From assembly GCA_958296135.2 (NCBI GenBank), contig CATQHZ020000001.1:3296001-3360000 (forward strand): DNA of 64,000 nt, in the 5' to 3' direction. The DNA comes from an uncultured Poribacteria bacterium (GTDB taxonomy: Bacteria; Poribacteria; WGA-4E; WGA-3G). Both the position numbers and the translations under genes were made by a program. Below are positions 50,295 to 59,798 of this stretch, piece after piece. The notes beneath the pieces were generated by a model, which did no database searches, was not told the DNA's origin, and worked only from the letters and a program-made list of their open reading frames with translations. Position 1 is the stretch's first letter; each line of letters begins with the position of its first letter.

Positions 50295-50524
50295 AAGAGC
50301 AACCTCTTGATATCCAGGCAGCCGTGCAGGAACATTCGGTGGCACAGCGGCCTGTCCACGCGAGTTATGAGCCGCCAGACCCGGTGCCGCAGTTTCGGCC
50401 CCGGCCGAGGCTGCGGCAGGCTCCTGCTTCCACACGGCGGTTATATCCTACACAGAGTGTGAATTTGGCGCAACAAGACCTCGGGCCACAGGAGGCACCT
50501 GAGCCATCACACCCTGAAGCGTAG
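50291..50524 (+). CDS. hypothetical Pro/Gln-rich small protein
   Basis: ATGA overlap with the upstream ORF and a GGAG RBS. Confidence 0.4.
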   Translation: MKEQPLDIQAAVQEHSVAQRPVHASYEPPDPVPQFRPRPRLRQAPASTRRLYPTQSVNLAQQDLGPQEAPEPSHPEA

Positions 50525-50684
50525 CCGGCTCCTCTGTTGTTGCAGGAACCAACAGCACGTGGGCGAAAAAGGTTAGGGCAGAAGGAGACGTTATTATCTG
50601 CAATCATACGAAAAACTCCTGAGCGCGAACACGCTCTATCGCGCTCGGGAGCTCGCTCCTACGCCCAAACCGGAAACAGAGCGT

Positions 50685-52103
50685 CTAATAGGGCCGGTCG
50701 CTCGTTGTCAACGCGCACCACCGCGAGGCGAACAGATGGTTGAATAGCGCGTCCTGCGCCGCCGGCGTATGAATCTGCTTTAACGCCAGCGCAGCATGGA
50801 ATCGGACATATCGGTTCTCGTCTTCCAACCGCTCAACGAGGGTAGGAATTGCCGGTGCCGCGAGTTTCCCTAACTTTGTGAGCGCACGAGCGGCGTTGTC
50901 GCGAACCCAATAGAAATCATCACGTAATCCCGTTGTTAATACTTGCACCGCTTCCGTGAGTTCCGTTTCCGCTGCGACTTGCTGGCCGATGAGCCCTAAG
51001 CCTTCCATTGCGTGTCGCCGCACCCATTGACTGCTGTCTTGTGCGGCGCGCGTTAATGCAGGCACTGCCTCCTGCGCGGTTTTCCCCATATCCGCCAGCG
51101 CATACGCCGCGCTCGCCCGGACAGGCTCGGAATCGGCAGCAAGCGCGTCAATCAGCAGCGGCACCGCGGGAGTGCCCCTGATGCTCAACGCATACCCTGC
51201 ATAATTGCAGACCGCGTCGGAAACGCTATACAACGCTTGTTTCAAGGCAGGCATTGCGGCATCGCCGCCCTGCCCCAAACGATAGGCGGCGTTCAAGCAT
51301 GCGCGCTCGTCTTCGCTTGACAAGGTTTCAACCAGCGTCTCCACCTCAGCCGGCGACGCGCCGTTTGCAGTCCCGTTCGGTTTCCCATAATACCAATCCC
51401 AGAGTGATTCCCACATCGCAGGATGTTCCTCTGAATCTGCGCAGCTGCCGAGGGATTTCCAATCTGAAGTCTGGCTATGCCACGCCGGCTCATTGTGCAA
51501 AGCCGGTTCGTCTAAGCGCGAAAAGAGGAACTTCAACATATACCGCTTTTTGTCGCTCTGATTCGGCATCGCACGATGCCAGAGATCATAGTGGACAATC
51601 GTCACTGTACCGGCCTCACCACAGAGTGCGAGCTCGGGTTGCGCGTGCGCGCTCTCACCGGTATCGTAATACTGCGAACCGGGTAAAACGGCAGTCGGCC
51701 CCATGTCCTCCGTAACGTCCTGCGGATAATAGAACGCCATCGTCCAGCGGCACCGGTGCCGGCGAATCTGCTCATCGCCTTCATAGGTATCCTTATGAAA
51801 TACCTGTCCTTCGCTCCCTACTTGATTGTAGTGGCAGTATCGGTGCGGATGCATCACATAGTTGGGACCTAGGACTCCCTGCATCGCGCCGTGGACAACA
51901 GGATGCTCAAAGACTGCCTGAATTTCTGGGATGAGCGGGAGGACATTGTTGCCCAAATTGCCGGTCTGTGCGAACATCCGCTCCAGTTTGTCATAGATGT
52001 CCTCGTGAAAACTCGGCGGGAAATCAGCTTTCACCTTGACGTAGCCATTCATGATGAAATCCCGCATTGCCTGATCGGTAAGCTGCACTGCATTCGTATT
52101 CAT
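50685..52103 (-). CDS. phytanoyl-CoA dioxygenase domain fused to HEAT repeats
   Basis: HKD, PGSQ, LWHRA; C-terminal VRxxAAxAL HEAT repeats. Confidence 0.88.
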   Translation of the reverse strand: MNTNAVQLTDQAMRDFIMNGYVKVKADFPPSFHEDIYDKLERMFAQTGNLGNNVLPLIPEIQAVFEHPVVHGAMQGVLGPNYVMHPHRYCHYNQVGSEGQVFHKDTYEGDEQIRRHRCRWTMAFYYPQDVTEDMGPTAVLPGSQYYDTGESAHAQPELALCGEAGTVTIVHYDLWHRAMPNQSDKKRYMLKFLFSRLDEPALHNEPAWHSQTSDWKSLGSCADSEEHPAMWESLWDWYYGKPNGTANGASPAEVETLVETLSSEDERACLNAAYRLGQGGDAAMPALKQALYSVSDAVCNYAGYALSIRGTPAVPLLIDALAADSEPVRASAAYALADMGKTAQEAVPALTRAAQDSSQWVRRHAMEGLGLIGQQVAAETELTEAVQVLTTGLRDDFYWVRDNAARALTKLGKLAAPAIPTLVERLEDENRYVRFHAALALKQIHTPAAQDALFNHLFASRWCALTTSDRPY

Positions 52104-52474
52104 TTGACGCGTTCTCCTCCTATTTTCTTGTGGAAATTATAGCAAACATTGCACGGAAAGTCAAGTTTTTGTATTGGCGCAAAGCGTTTGATAACGTCTT
52201 CCTCGTAATCACATCTCTCCGTAACTCCGCAGGGTTACGCCGCTTGAAAACGTGCCTGCGTCGCCTCGCGTAAGCGGGCCACCTTGTTGTTGCATGCTGT
52301 GCTCCTGCGGCTCAGTTTTTATCGGCTCAAAAAATTTGCGTTAAATTTCCGATGCTGCTATACTATTTCATAACGAGAATCAACGCAACCCGCGTAGGGC
52401 GAGGGAAAACCCGGCGAGCGCGAATCGCCGAGGGTTCCCCTCGCCATCGTTCAATAAAAAAAGAGGAACATTGC

Positions 52475-53446
52475 ATGAACGCACCCGAAAGAAAGTGGGA
52501 CGGAACCATCGTCCGCTATCCCGATCCGGCGATTGAGGTAATTGATGCCCGGTTTGCGACATACAAAATCGGCAATTCCGTTGTGGAAAGGCTGTGGACA
52601 GGCGCGCGCTGGTCTGAAGGCCCCGTCTGGTTCGGTGATGGAGGCTACCTGCTCTGGAGTGATATTCCCAACAATCGCATTCTGAAATGGGAAGAATCCA
52701 CCGGTGAAGTGAGCGTCTATCGCCAGCCGTCTAACTATAGCAACGGCCACACCCGCGACCGGCAGGGCAGACTTATCAGTTGCGAGCACGGCGCGCGGCG
52801 CGTCACGCGGACCGAATACGACGGCACCCTCACCGTGCTGATGGATAGTTTCAACGGAAAACCGCTGAATGCCCCGAACGACGTTGCTGTTCATACCGAT
52901 GGGCATATCTGGTTCACCGACCCGGGCTACGGCATTATGCTCAACTACGAGGGGCACAAGGCGGCGTTTGAACTGCCAACCTGCGTCTATCGCCTCAACC
53001 CTGATACCGGCGAGGTTACCGTCGTCACGGATGAACTGGAGAAACCCAACGGGCTCTGCTTCTCACCCGACTACACGAAACTCTACCTCGTTGACACAGG
53101 TGTCACGCACAAAGAGGGAACACCGCGGCACCTCTTTGTCTATGATGTCGTCGACAACGCGCTGTTGGAAAATAAACGGGTTTTTTGCGATATGACACCC
53201 GGGCTCGCCGATGGCATCCGGTGTGATATTGACGGAAACCTGTGGGCGAGTGCCGGCTGGGTAGGCGATGGATATGACGGTGTGCATATCTTCGCGTCGG
53301 ATGGAACGCTCATCGGCAAGATTCATCTGCCGGAAATCTGCGCCAACCTCTGCTTCGGCGGCGTGAAACGGAACCGCCTGTTTATGACAGGCAGCCAGTC
53401 CCTCTACTCAGTCTACGTTGAAGCCCAAGGCGTGCCGCTTTTCTAA
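52475..53446 (+). CDS. SMP-30/gluconolactonase family protein
   Basis: WSEGPVW, SDIPNN, NAPND, PNGLCFSPD, ADGIRCD. Confidence 0.92.
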   Translation: MNAPERKWDGTIVRYPDPAIEVIDARFATYKIGNSVVERLWTGARWSEGPVWFGDGGYLLWSDIPNNRILKWEESTGEVSVYRQPSNYSNGHTRDRQGRLISCEHGARRVTRTEYDGTLTVLMDSFNGKPLNAPNDVAVHTDGHIWFTDPGYGIMLNYEGHKAAFELPTCVYRLNPDTGEVTVVTDELEKPNGLCFSPDYTKLYLVDTGVTHKEGTPRHLFVYDVVDNALLENKRVFCDMTPGLADGIRCDIDGNLWASAGWVGDGYDGVHIFASDGTLIGKIHLPEICANLCFGGVKRNRLFMTGSQSLYSVYVEAQGVPLF

Positions 53447-53469
53447 GACAGAAAAACAGAACCGCAAGA

Positions 53470-53625
53470 AACGTAGGCATCAACGATAGGCACGCCTATC
53501 AAGACAGGCGAGATGCCAAATTTAGCATCGAAAACGTCGTCTTCGCCAACAACGAAGAGGGCTTACGCCGAGACACGTTATGGCACCAACCCACACCTCC
53601 GAACGCCTTGCGAACAACGAAAAAC
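53470..53625 (+). repeat. family A element (with an upstream partial copy) overlapping the methyltransferase start
   Basis: GTCTTCGCCAACAACGAAGAGGGCTTACG…GGCACCAA…CCGAACGCCTTGCGAACAACGAAAAA. Confidence 0.8.
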
Positions 53626-54428
53626 TAGAATCCATTGATTGTCCGACGTGCGAGCGCGATGACTCCGAACTACTCTTCCGGAAAGACTCGCTGTCAATCG
53701 TCGCATGCAAGGGGTGCGGTTTGCGGTATGTAAATCCTCGCGTCCGCAGCCAGACCTTGGAGGAGAACTACGTTGAGGCCTACTATCCGCCTGAAAAAAT
53801 TAACCGCATCCAGACTGACACGATGGAGTGGTTGCAAATGGCGGAACGGTTGGAGGAGTTGGAAAAACATCTCCCGACGCAGGGACGACTGCTGGATGTC
53901 GGGTGCGGGATTGGGACGTTCTTGCATCTTGCAGACGAACGGGGATGGCAGCCGCACGGAATCGAGCCCTCAAAAAGCGGTGCCGCCTGCGCAAAGGAAA
54001 CCTATCAACTAGACGTGCAGCGCGGAGAACTTTTCGATGCAAACTTTCCGACAGCGCATTTTGACGCAATCACTGCCTATCACGTGCTAGAGCATATCTC
54101 GGAATTGAACCCGTTCCTCGGCGAGCTGCGCCGAGTTTTGAAGCCGCAGACCGGGAAATTGGTTATCGAGGTGCCGAACGGGGGGAGTCTGCAGAGTCGT
54201 CTTCAGAACGCGGATTGGCCCTATGTTCACCCCCGCGACCATCTCTACTACTTCTCTGCACGCACCTTGCCGAAACTGCTGCGGAAACACGGCTTCCGAG
54301 ACATCACCTTGGGTAGGCCGAAGCGTGTGAGCCCCAAAGAAGGCGCGAGGTTCGCACTCCGCGGCGCGACGACAGCAGTGCTCGTCCGCCTCCATTTAGG
54401 CACCGTCATCCGGGTGTATGCCAACTAA
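53580..54428 (+). CDS. class I SAM-dependent methyltransferase with N-terminal CxxC pairs
   Basis: CPTC…CKGC, LLDVGCGIG, HVLEH, IEVPN. Confidence 0.88.
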   Translation: MAPTHTSERLANNEKLESIDCPTCERDDSELLFRKDSLSIVACKGCGLRYVNPRVRSQTLEENYVEAYYPPEKINRIQTDTMEWLQMAERLEELEKHLPTQGRLLDVGCGIGTFLHLADERGWQPHGIEPSKSGAACAKETYQLDVQRGELFDANFPTAHFDAITAYHVLEHISELNPFLGELRRVLKPQTGKLVIEVPNGGSLQSRLQNADWPYVHPRDHLYYFSARTLPKLLRKHGFRDITLGRPKRVSPKEGARFALRGATTAVLVRLHLGTVIRVYAN

Positions 54429-54492
54429 TGCTGCTGGAGGACTACAGAACAAACCCCGTGGGCGCGGCTCACCACCGCGCATCAACGCGCGC

Positions 54493-55008
54493 CTACGGAG
54501 AAATTGAAAACGTTTGAATGACATCGTTCATGAGGCACCTGTTGGCGATGGTTTCAAGCAACGCCACGTTCAGCGCGCCGGTGAACCTATATTTCGAGCC
54601 CGTGCAGACCGCGTTGACACCCGTGATGCCCAAATCTTTGACGCCTTTGACAGTGCTATCGCCGACAGCGTCAGTAACACCGGGTTTGAATTGCACCTCA
54701 ATAGTCCAGTCCTCAGTTGAGGTAGTCCTTGAGTGCTCACTTCTACCAGAAGAATTCGGGACAGGAAGGGCTTTCCTACTAGAAAGACGCGCTGCAGTAT
54801 ATGTCTGCGTTATCGGATCGGCGAGCAGTTCTGTACTAATTCTATCAACAGTTTGTGCGTCAAGCGCGCCATCAAGCCAGAAGAGCGTCGCCGTTCGCAC
54901 CGAATCAACGCCGCGAATCCCGAGGTCTGCGATATCCTCAAGGATGCCCTGTCCAACGGTGTCAGGGACTTCCGGTTTATAGTAAACTTCAATTTTCCAA
55001 GTTGTCAT
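54493..55008 (-). CDS. purS: tandem PurS-like domain protein (FGAM synthase small subunit)
   Basis: Two repeats IEVxxKPxVxDxVG…LLADPITQ / LMNDVIQ. Confidence 0.75.
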   Translation of the reverse strand: MTTWKIEVYYKPEVPDTVGQGILEDIADLGIRGVDSVRTATLFWLDGALDAQTVDRISTELLADPITQTYTAARLSSRKALPVPNSSGRSEHSRTTSTEDWTIEVQFKPGVTDAVGDSTVKGVKDLGITGVNAVCTGSKYRFTGALNVALLETIANRCLMNDVIQTFSISP

Positions 55009-55037
55009 ATTTTCTCCATAACCAAGGTGAAATCACC

Positions 55038-55883
55038 ATGTCCGTTAACCGAACACATTACGCCAGACAAAAAATTTTAGTTTTCGGCGCGCATCCCGAT
55101 GATTGCGACATGCAAGCGGGAGGTGTCGCCGCCCTATATACCCAACAGGGACATTGCGTGAAATTTGTCTCTGTGACTAACGGCGATGCCGGCCATCATG
55201 AAATGGGTGGCGGCACCTTGGCGCGCCGCAGGGCCGCCGAAGCACAAGCCGCCGCCGCAACCATCGGCATTGAATATGAACTGTTTGATAACCACGATGG
55301 CGAACTCTTGCCGACGTTAGAGAACCGCTATCAAATCATTCGCACCATTCGCGAGTTTCAGCCAGCGCTAATTATGACACACCGACCGAACGATTACCAT
55401 CCAGACCATCGGTATACGTCGATGTTGGTGCAGGACGCGGCGTATATGGTAACGGTGCCGAACATTTGCGCGCTCACGCCGCACCTACAGAAGAATCCAG
55501 TCATTGTTTACCTGAACGACAGGTTCTTGAAACCCTATCCGTTCACGCCGGATGTCGCTGTCGGCATTGATGCCGTGGTAGAGCAGAAAATCGACATGCT
55601 ACATTGCCATACCTCGCAACTCTACGAATGGCTGCCCTACAATAGCGGGACTTTAGCCGATGTCCCCGCGGGGGAAACAGCACGACGCGCATGGCTAGCG
55701 CAGCGGTTACTGACTCGATTCCACAGCATCGCTGAAAAGCACCGCGCGCTATTAGTCTCCCTCTACGGAGAAAAAGTTGGAAATGAAATCCAATACGCCG
55801 AAGTGTTTGAGGGGTGCGAATACGGGTCTCCGCTCACAGCAGAGAATATCCCAACGCTCTTCCCCTTTTTTTCTAACTCCTAA
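55038..55883 (+). CDS. PIG-L family deacetylase
   Basis: GAHPDD, TNGDAG, DYHPDH. Confidence 0.9.
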   Translation: MSVNRTHYARQKILVFGAHPDDCDMQAGGVAALYTQQGHCVKFVSVTNGDAGHHEMGGGTLARRRAAEAQAAAATIGIEYELFDNHDGELLPTLENRYQIIRTIREFQPALIMTHRPNDYHPDHRYTSMLVQDAAYMVTVPNICALTPHLQKNPVIVYLNDRFLKPYPFTPDVAVGIDAVVEQKIDMLHCHTSQLYEWLPYNSGTLADVPAGETARRAWLAQRLLTRFHSIAEKHRALLVSLYGEKVGNEIQYAEVFEGCEYGSPLTAENIPTLFPFFSNS

Positions 55884-55988
55884 CCCGGTAGGCCGGGCGG
55901 CGCGATTGCTTTTGCGACGCAACGCAATCGCGCAGACTGAAGGCGTAACGGTTTGAAACCGCGCTCGCTACAGCAAGAAAGACAAAAA

Positions 55989-56249
55989 ATGCCAACAGAA
56001 GAAGCCAGTCCACGAACATTGATGGTCATCGTCTGCGTCATCGGTCTGATTTTTGCGATTGTGATGGTAATCCTCTTTTTCAACGCCGCCCCGGCGCGCT
56101 CAAACATAGAGGTGCACCAACAATCGACAGAGGATGCCGCGTGTCTCAAATGCCATTTGAAAGGTGACGAAAAGTCCCCGACGATGCCGCACCTAGACCT
56201 CGGCAACTGCAACCTGTGCCACGGGCTATCAAAAGAGCCGCCGCGCTAA
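55989..56249 (+). CDS. small membrane-anchored diheme cytochrome c
   Basis: TM helix plus CLKCH and CNLCH. Confidence 0.75.
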   Translation: MPTEEASPRTLMVIVCVIGLIFAIVMVILFFNAAPARSNIEVHQQSTEDAACLKCHLKGDEKSPTMPHLDLGNCNLCHGLSKEPPR

Positions 56250-57131
56250 AACTGCTACCCACGTGATGTCATCTTCTGGCTCGCGCGCGACTTGCAGACA
56301 CTCGAAACGGTGCGCCTCCAAAACGGATTTGACTTGGGCGAGCTCTGTCTCCAAAATGCCTGAGAAAATGACGTGCCCTTCGGGATGCAGGCGCGGCACG
56401 CAGTCCGGGATAATAGGGAGAATCACCTTCGTTAGGATATTTCCGACGATGAGATGATAGGTGCCTCGCTGCCCTTTGAGCCCATCACCTTGCAACAATT
56501 GCACCTGCGAATGGACACCGTTATTGCGAAAATTCGATTCAGCCACAGGTATCGCTGCCGCATCTAGTTCAATCGCATCGACATGTTTTGCCCCTAACTT
56601 CACGGCGGCGATGGTTAAGATGCCGGATCCGGTGCCAATATCGGCGACGCTGTAGGCGCGGTTTGCAACCGCGCATCCTTTTACCGCTCCCTCCAACAAT
56701 TCAAGGGAGAGCCGCGTGGTTGGGTGGTAACCCGTGCCGAATGCCATTCCCGGGTCCAGTCGGATGAGGATGTCTGTCTCGGCAGGCGCGATGTCCTCCC
56801 ACGTCGGTGCGATGAGCAACCGTTTTCCAACGCGCTGGGGCGGAAAGGCTGCCTTCCACGCTTCCTCCCAAGCCTCGGATGCCACCTGTTTTAAGGTAAC
56901 CTGCGCTGGATGCGGTTCAATCCCCCACGTCGGCAGTTGTGCAAGAAAATCTCGCAACTTCTGAACCTTCGCGCCGACCCTGTCATCCAATGGATAGTAG
57001 GCGATGAGGCGGGTTGTCGCCGCAGCGTCATCCTTGAATTCAACGCCGAGCGCATTCAATTGAAATAGATAGTTAGCAACCGCTTCGGATGCCTCGTGGG
57101 AGGTAGTTACCGTCATTTGTGCCCAGTGCAT
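56229..57131 (-). CDS. prmA: ribosomal protein L11 methyltransferase
   Basis: WEEAWK, LDPGMAFGTGYHPTT, DIGTGSGIL, SGIL. Confidence 0.95.
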   Translation of the reverse strand: MHWAQMTVTTSHEASEAVANYLFQLNALGVEFKDDAAATTRLIAYYPLDDRVGAKVQKLRDFLAQLPTWGIEPHPAQVTLKQVASEAWEEAWKAAFPPQRVGKRLLIAPTWEDIAPAETDILIRLDPGMAFGTGYHPTTRLSLELLEGAVKGCAVANRAYSVADIGTGSGILTIAAVKLGAKHVDAIELDAAAIPVAESNFRNNGVHSQVQLLQGDGLKGQRGTYHLIVGNILTKVILPIIPDCVPRLHPEGHVIFSGILETELAQVKSVLEAHRFECLQVAREPEDDITWVAVLARRLF

Positions 57132-57267
57132 ATTTTTCGGAGTAGCGCAAAGCGTTCGGCGAACATCTCTGGTGTAAGAACAGTGAACTTCCCAGGCCGA
57201 CTTGACGTTGTCAAGTCTTGCATTTCTTTCTAACATCGTGAAAATCTGTATCGCGCAGCCGCTGATA

Positions 57268-58241
57268 TTACCTTTTCTTTACGATGAGGAGTTCGTGAGC
57301 GTGCTTGACGTGCCCGGTGCCATTCTCAATCCGATTCTTGCCAATGCGGGTTTCGCCCTGCCCTAAGGTATACTGCCATTCAACCTCAATGATTCGGAAA
57401 TCGGCATACCAGCCTCGGATAGTCTTGCAATCGTTGTAGGAAAGGACGAAGCCGCCATTATGCGCGTGGAGCAAGTCGCGTAGCAGTTCATGCTTGAAGC
57501 CGTTATGGTGCACTGGGAAATTCCGTTGTGGATAAATCCCCTTGAACATTTTCCCTTCATCAAGGTAGTAAGGCGGATCGCAGTAGAGGAATTCACCCGG
57601 ATGCAGAGGAAGAGTTTCCTCAAAACTTCCGTGCCGCACAGATAAAAAAGGACACTGGAAATGACGTACCGTTTCCACCGCACGGGCATATTTCCCCGGC
57701 GACTCGTAAATCTTCGACATCCAGCCGAGGAAGCCGGGACCGTAGGAGAGATTGTGATTGAACCAATAATGCGCCCCCAATTCTAACGCATCCTCAATGC
57801 GGTTTTCGTCCTTCCAATGCGCTTTGAGTCTACGCTTAATCTCAGCGTATTGCGTCTTCGTGGGGGCCACCGTTCAAGTCTCTCCGCAAGTTGTTTACCT
57901 GACGTAAGTTGCACATGCCAATAGTTGACGAGGATATCAAAGATGTCGTAGGCTTGCACCCGTATACCGAGTTCTGCAGCGCAGGCAATCTCAACCGCGC
58001 CACCGCCCATAAACGGTGAAACTAGTGTCTCTAAGCCATCGGGCATTTGCTCCACGACATGCCCAACGCCAAGACTTTTCCCACCAGCATAACGCAGCGG
58101 CAGCCCTTTGTAACGCGCGTATTTATACCTTCCCCGGCTTCTCAGCGACTCTAAAAATAGCACTCTCAAAGAAGTGCCAAAAAAGTCCGGATAGATATCC
58201 TTTATCTGAGCAGGACTTGCGGAATAACGTATCACGTGCAA
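57268..58241 (-). pseudogene. Dam-type (D12 class) DNA adenine methyltransferase, frameshifted at ~57865
   Basis: LRYAGGKS and SPFMGGG in one frame; YCDPPY and LSYND in the next frame. Confidence 0.85.
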
Positions 58242-58344
58242 TCTAATGCTCCTTTTTTTCTTCGCGCGTAGCGGACAGATGTAACGCTATAGACTCGGAT
58301 TTGGTGCATCAAGACCGGGGGCTCTCCTACCTCATCAGGCCTGT

Positions 58345-59472
58345 CTACGCAGTGCCTTCATCGGCTGAATCGTTGTGGCGAAAGAGTTTATCCCAAAAAC
58401 CGCCATGCTCCGTTTGAGAAGCTTCACCGAGAGACTCCGCAAACTCTTCTAACTTCTTGCGCTGCGTCTGGGTGAGGTGCCGGGGGGTTTCAATCTCGAT
58501 GCTGACAACCAGGTCACCGGCAGCCGAGCGTTTGTAGTGCGGAACCCCTTTGCCGGGAATGCGCAACTGCGCGCCATACTGCGTGCCAGCCGGAATCCGC
58601 AACTCCTCGGTGCCATCAATCCCCTCCACCTTAATCTTCCCACCGAGCGTCGCTTGGACGAAGGAAATGCGTGCGGAGGTAACCAGATCGTTTCGCTCGC
58701 GGCGGAAGCGTTCATGCGGGACGACATTGACAACCACAAAAAGATCGCCCGGCGGCGCGCCGTTCGTGCCAGCCTCGCCTTCGCCCCGCAACTGATATTT
58801 GAAACCGGTCTCAACACCTTTGTCAATAGTCAACGGGATGTCACGCTTGACGCGGATGAGGCCCTGCCCATCACAAGCCTGACAAGGTTCCGTAATGATT
58901 TCGCCTTCGCCGCGGCAGCGGGGACAAGTGCGGGACATGGTGAAAAACCCCTGCGATTGGGTTACCTGCCCTCTGCCGTAACATTCAGGACAGCTCTGAA
59001 CGCGCGACCCTTTTTTTGCACCGCTCCCCTCACACGTCGGGCAAGATTCAATTCGCGGCACCTCCAGAGTTACCTCTTTGCCATGGATGACATCTTCAAG
59101 CGTGACATCAAGGTTGTATTGCAAGCTGCGCCCGCGCTTCGGCGAACGATGCGACTCCCTGAAACCACCGAGCAGATCCCCGAAGACATCCCCGAAAATA
59201 TCGTCAAGGTTGACACCAAAGCCCCCGTAATTGCCAACACTTCCTTCCATCCCGGCATGGCCGAACTGGTTGTAACGGCTCCGTTTTTCAGGATGGCTTA
59301 GCACCTCGTACGCCTCGGTGGCCTCCTTGAATTTCTCTTCAGCCTCTTTGTTCCCCGGATTCTTATCCGGGTGATATTTAATCGCGAGCTTCCGGTAAGC
59401 CTTTTTAACCTCGTTTCCATCAGCACTACGGCTGACATCCAGAACCTCGTAATAGTCGCGTTTTTGCGTCAT
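58345..59472 (-). CDS. dnaJ: chaperone DnaJ
   Basis: J domain with HPD, four CxxCxGxG zinc-finger repeats. Confidence 0.97.
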   Translation of the reverse strand: MTQKRDYYEVLDVSRSADGNEVKKAYRKLAIKYHPDKNPGNKEAEEKFKEATEAYEVLSHPEKRSRYNQFGHAGMEGSVGNYGGFGVNLDDIFGDVFGDLLGGFRESHRSPKRGRSLQYNLDVTLEDVIHGKEVTLEVPRIESCPTCEGSGAKKGSRVQSCPECYGRGQVTQSQGFFTMSRTCPRCRGEGEIITEPCQACDGQGLIRVKRDIPLTIDKGVETGFKYQLRGEGEAGTNGAPPGDLFVVVNVVPHERFRRERNDLVTSARISFVQATLGGKIKVEGIDGTEELRIPAGTQYGAQLRIPGKGVPHYKRSAAGDLVVSIEIETPRHLTQTQRKKLEEFAESLGEASQTEHGGFWDKLFRHNDSADEGTA

Positions 59473-59798
59473 TAAAGTTCACCTTTTCTAAACATAGGTG
59501 AGGGACAGTGTCCTGCGCTGCAGGGGCACGTCTCTGGGGCAGACACCGAGTCGCGGTTTTCCTGAATCGATGCCCACTGTCCCGCAGAGATGCACGCGAA
59601 ACAGCGGAACTACCCTCGTCCTAGTTTCGTGGGAATTTCTCTCCTTTTTCACTTCAGGCGAAGGACAGGCCCTCGTCCTACGTCAAACCAGAACTGCAAG
59701 GATTTGACAACGTCAATGCGGCCTGATAAGACAACCTCTCAGGATACTGGTAACTAAACAGTGCCCCGCGAACAACAAATTACGCTGCAGCGTCACTG

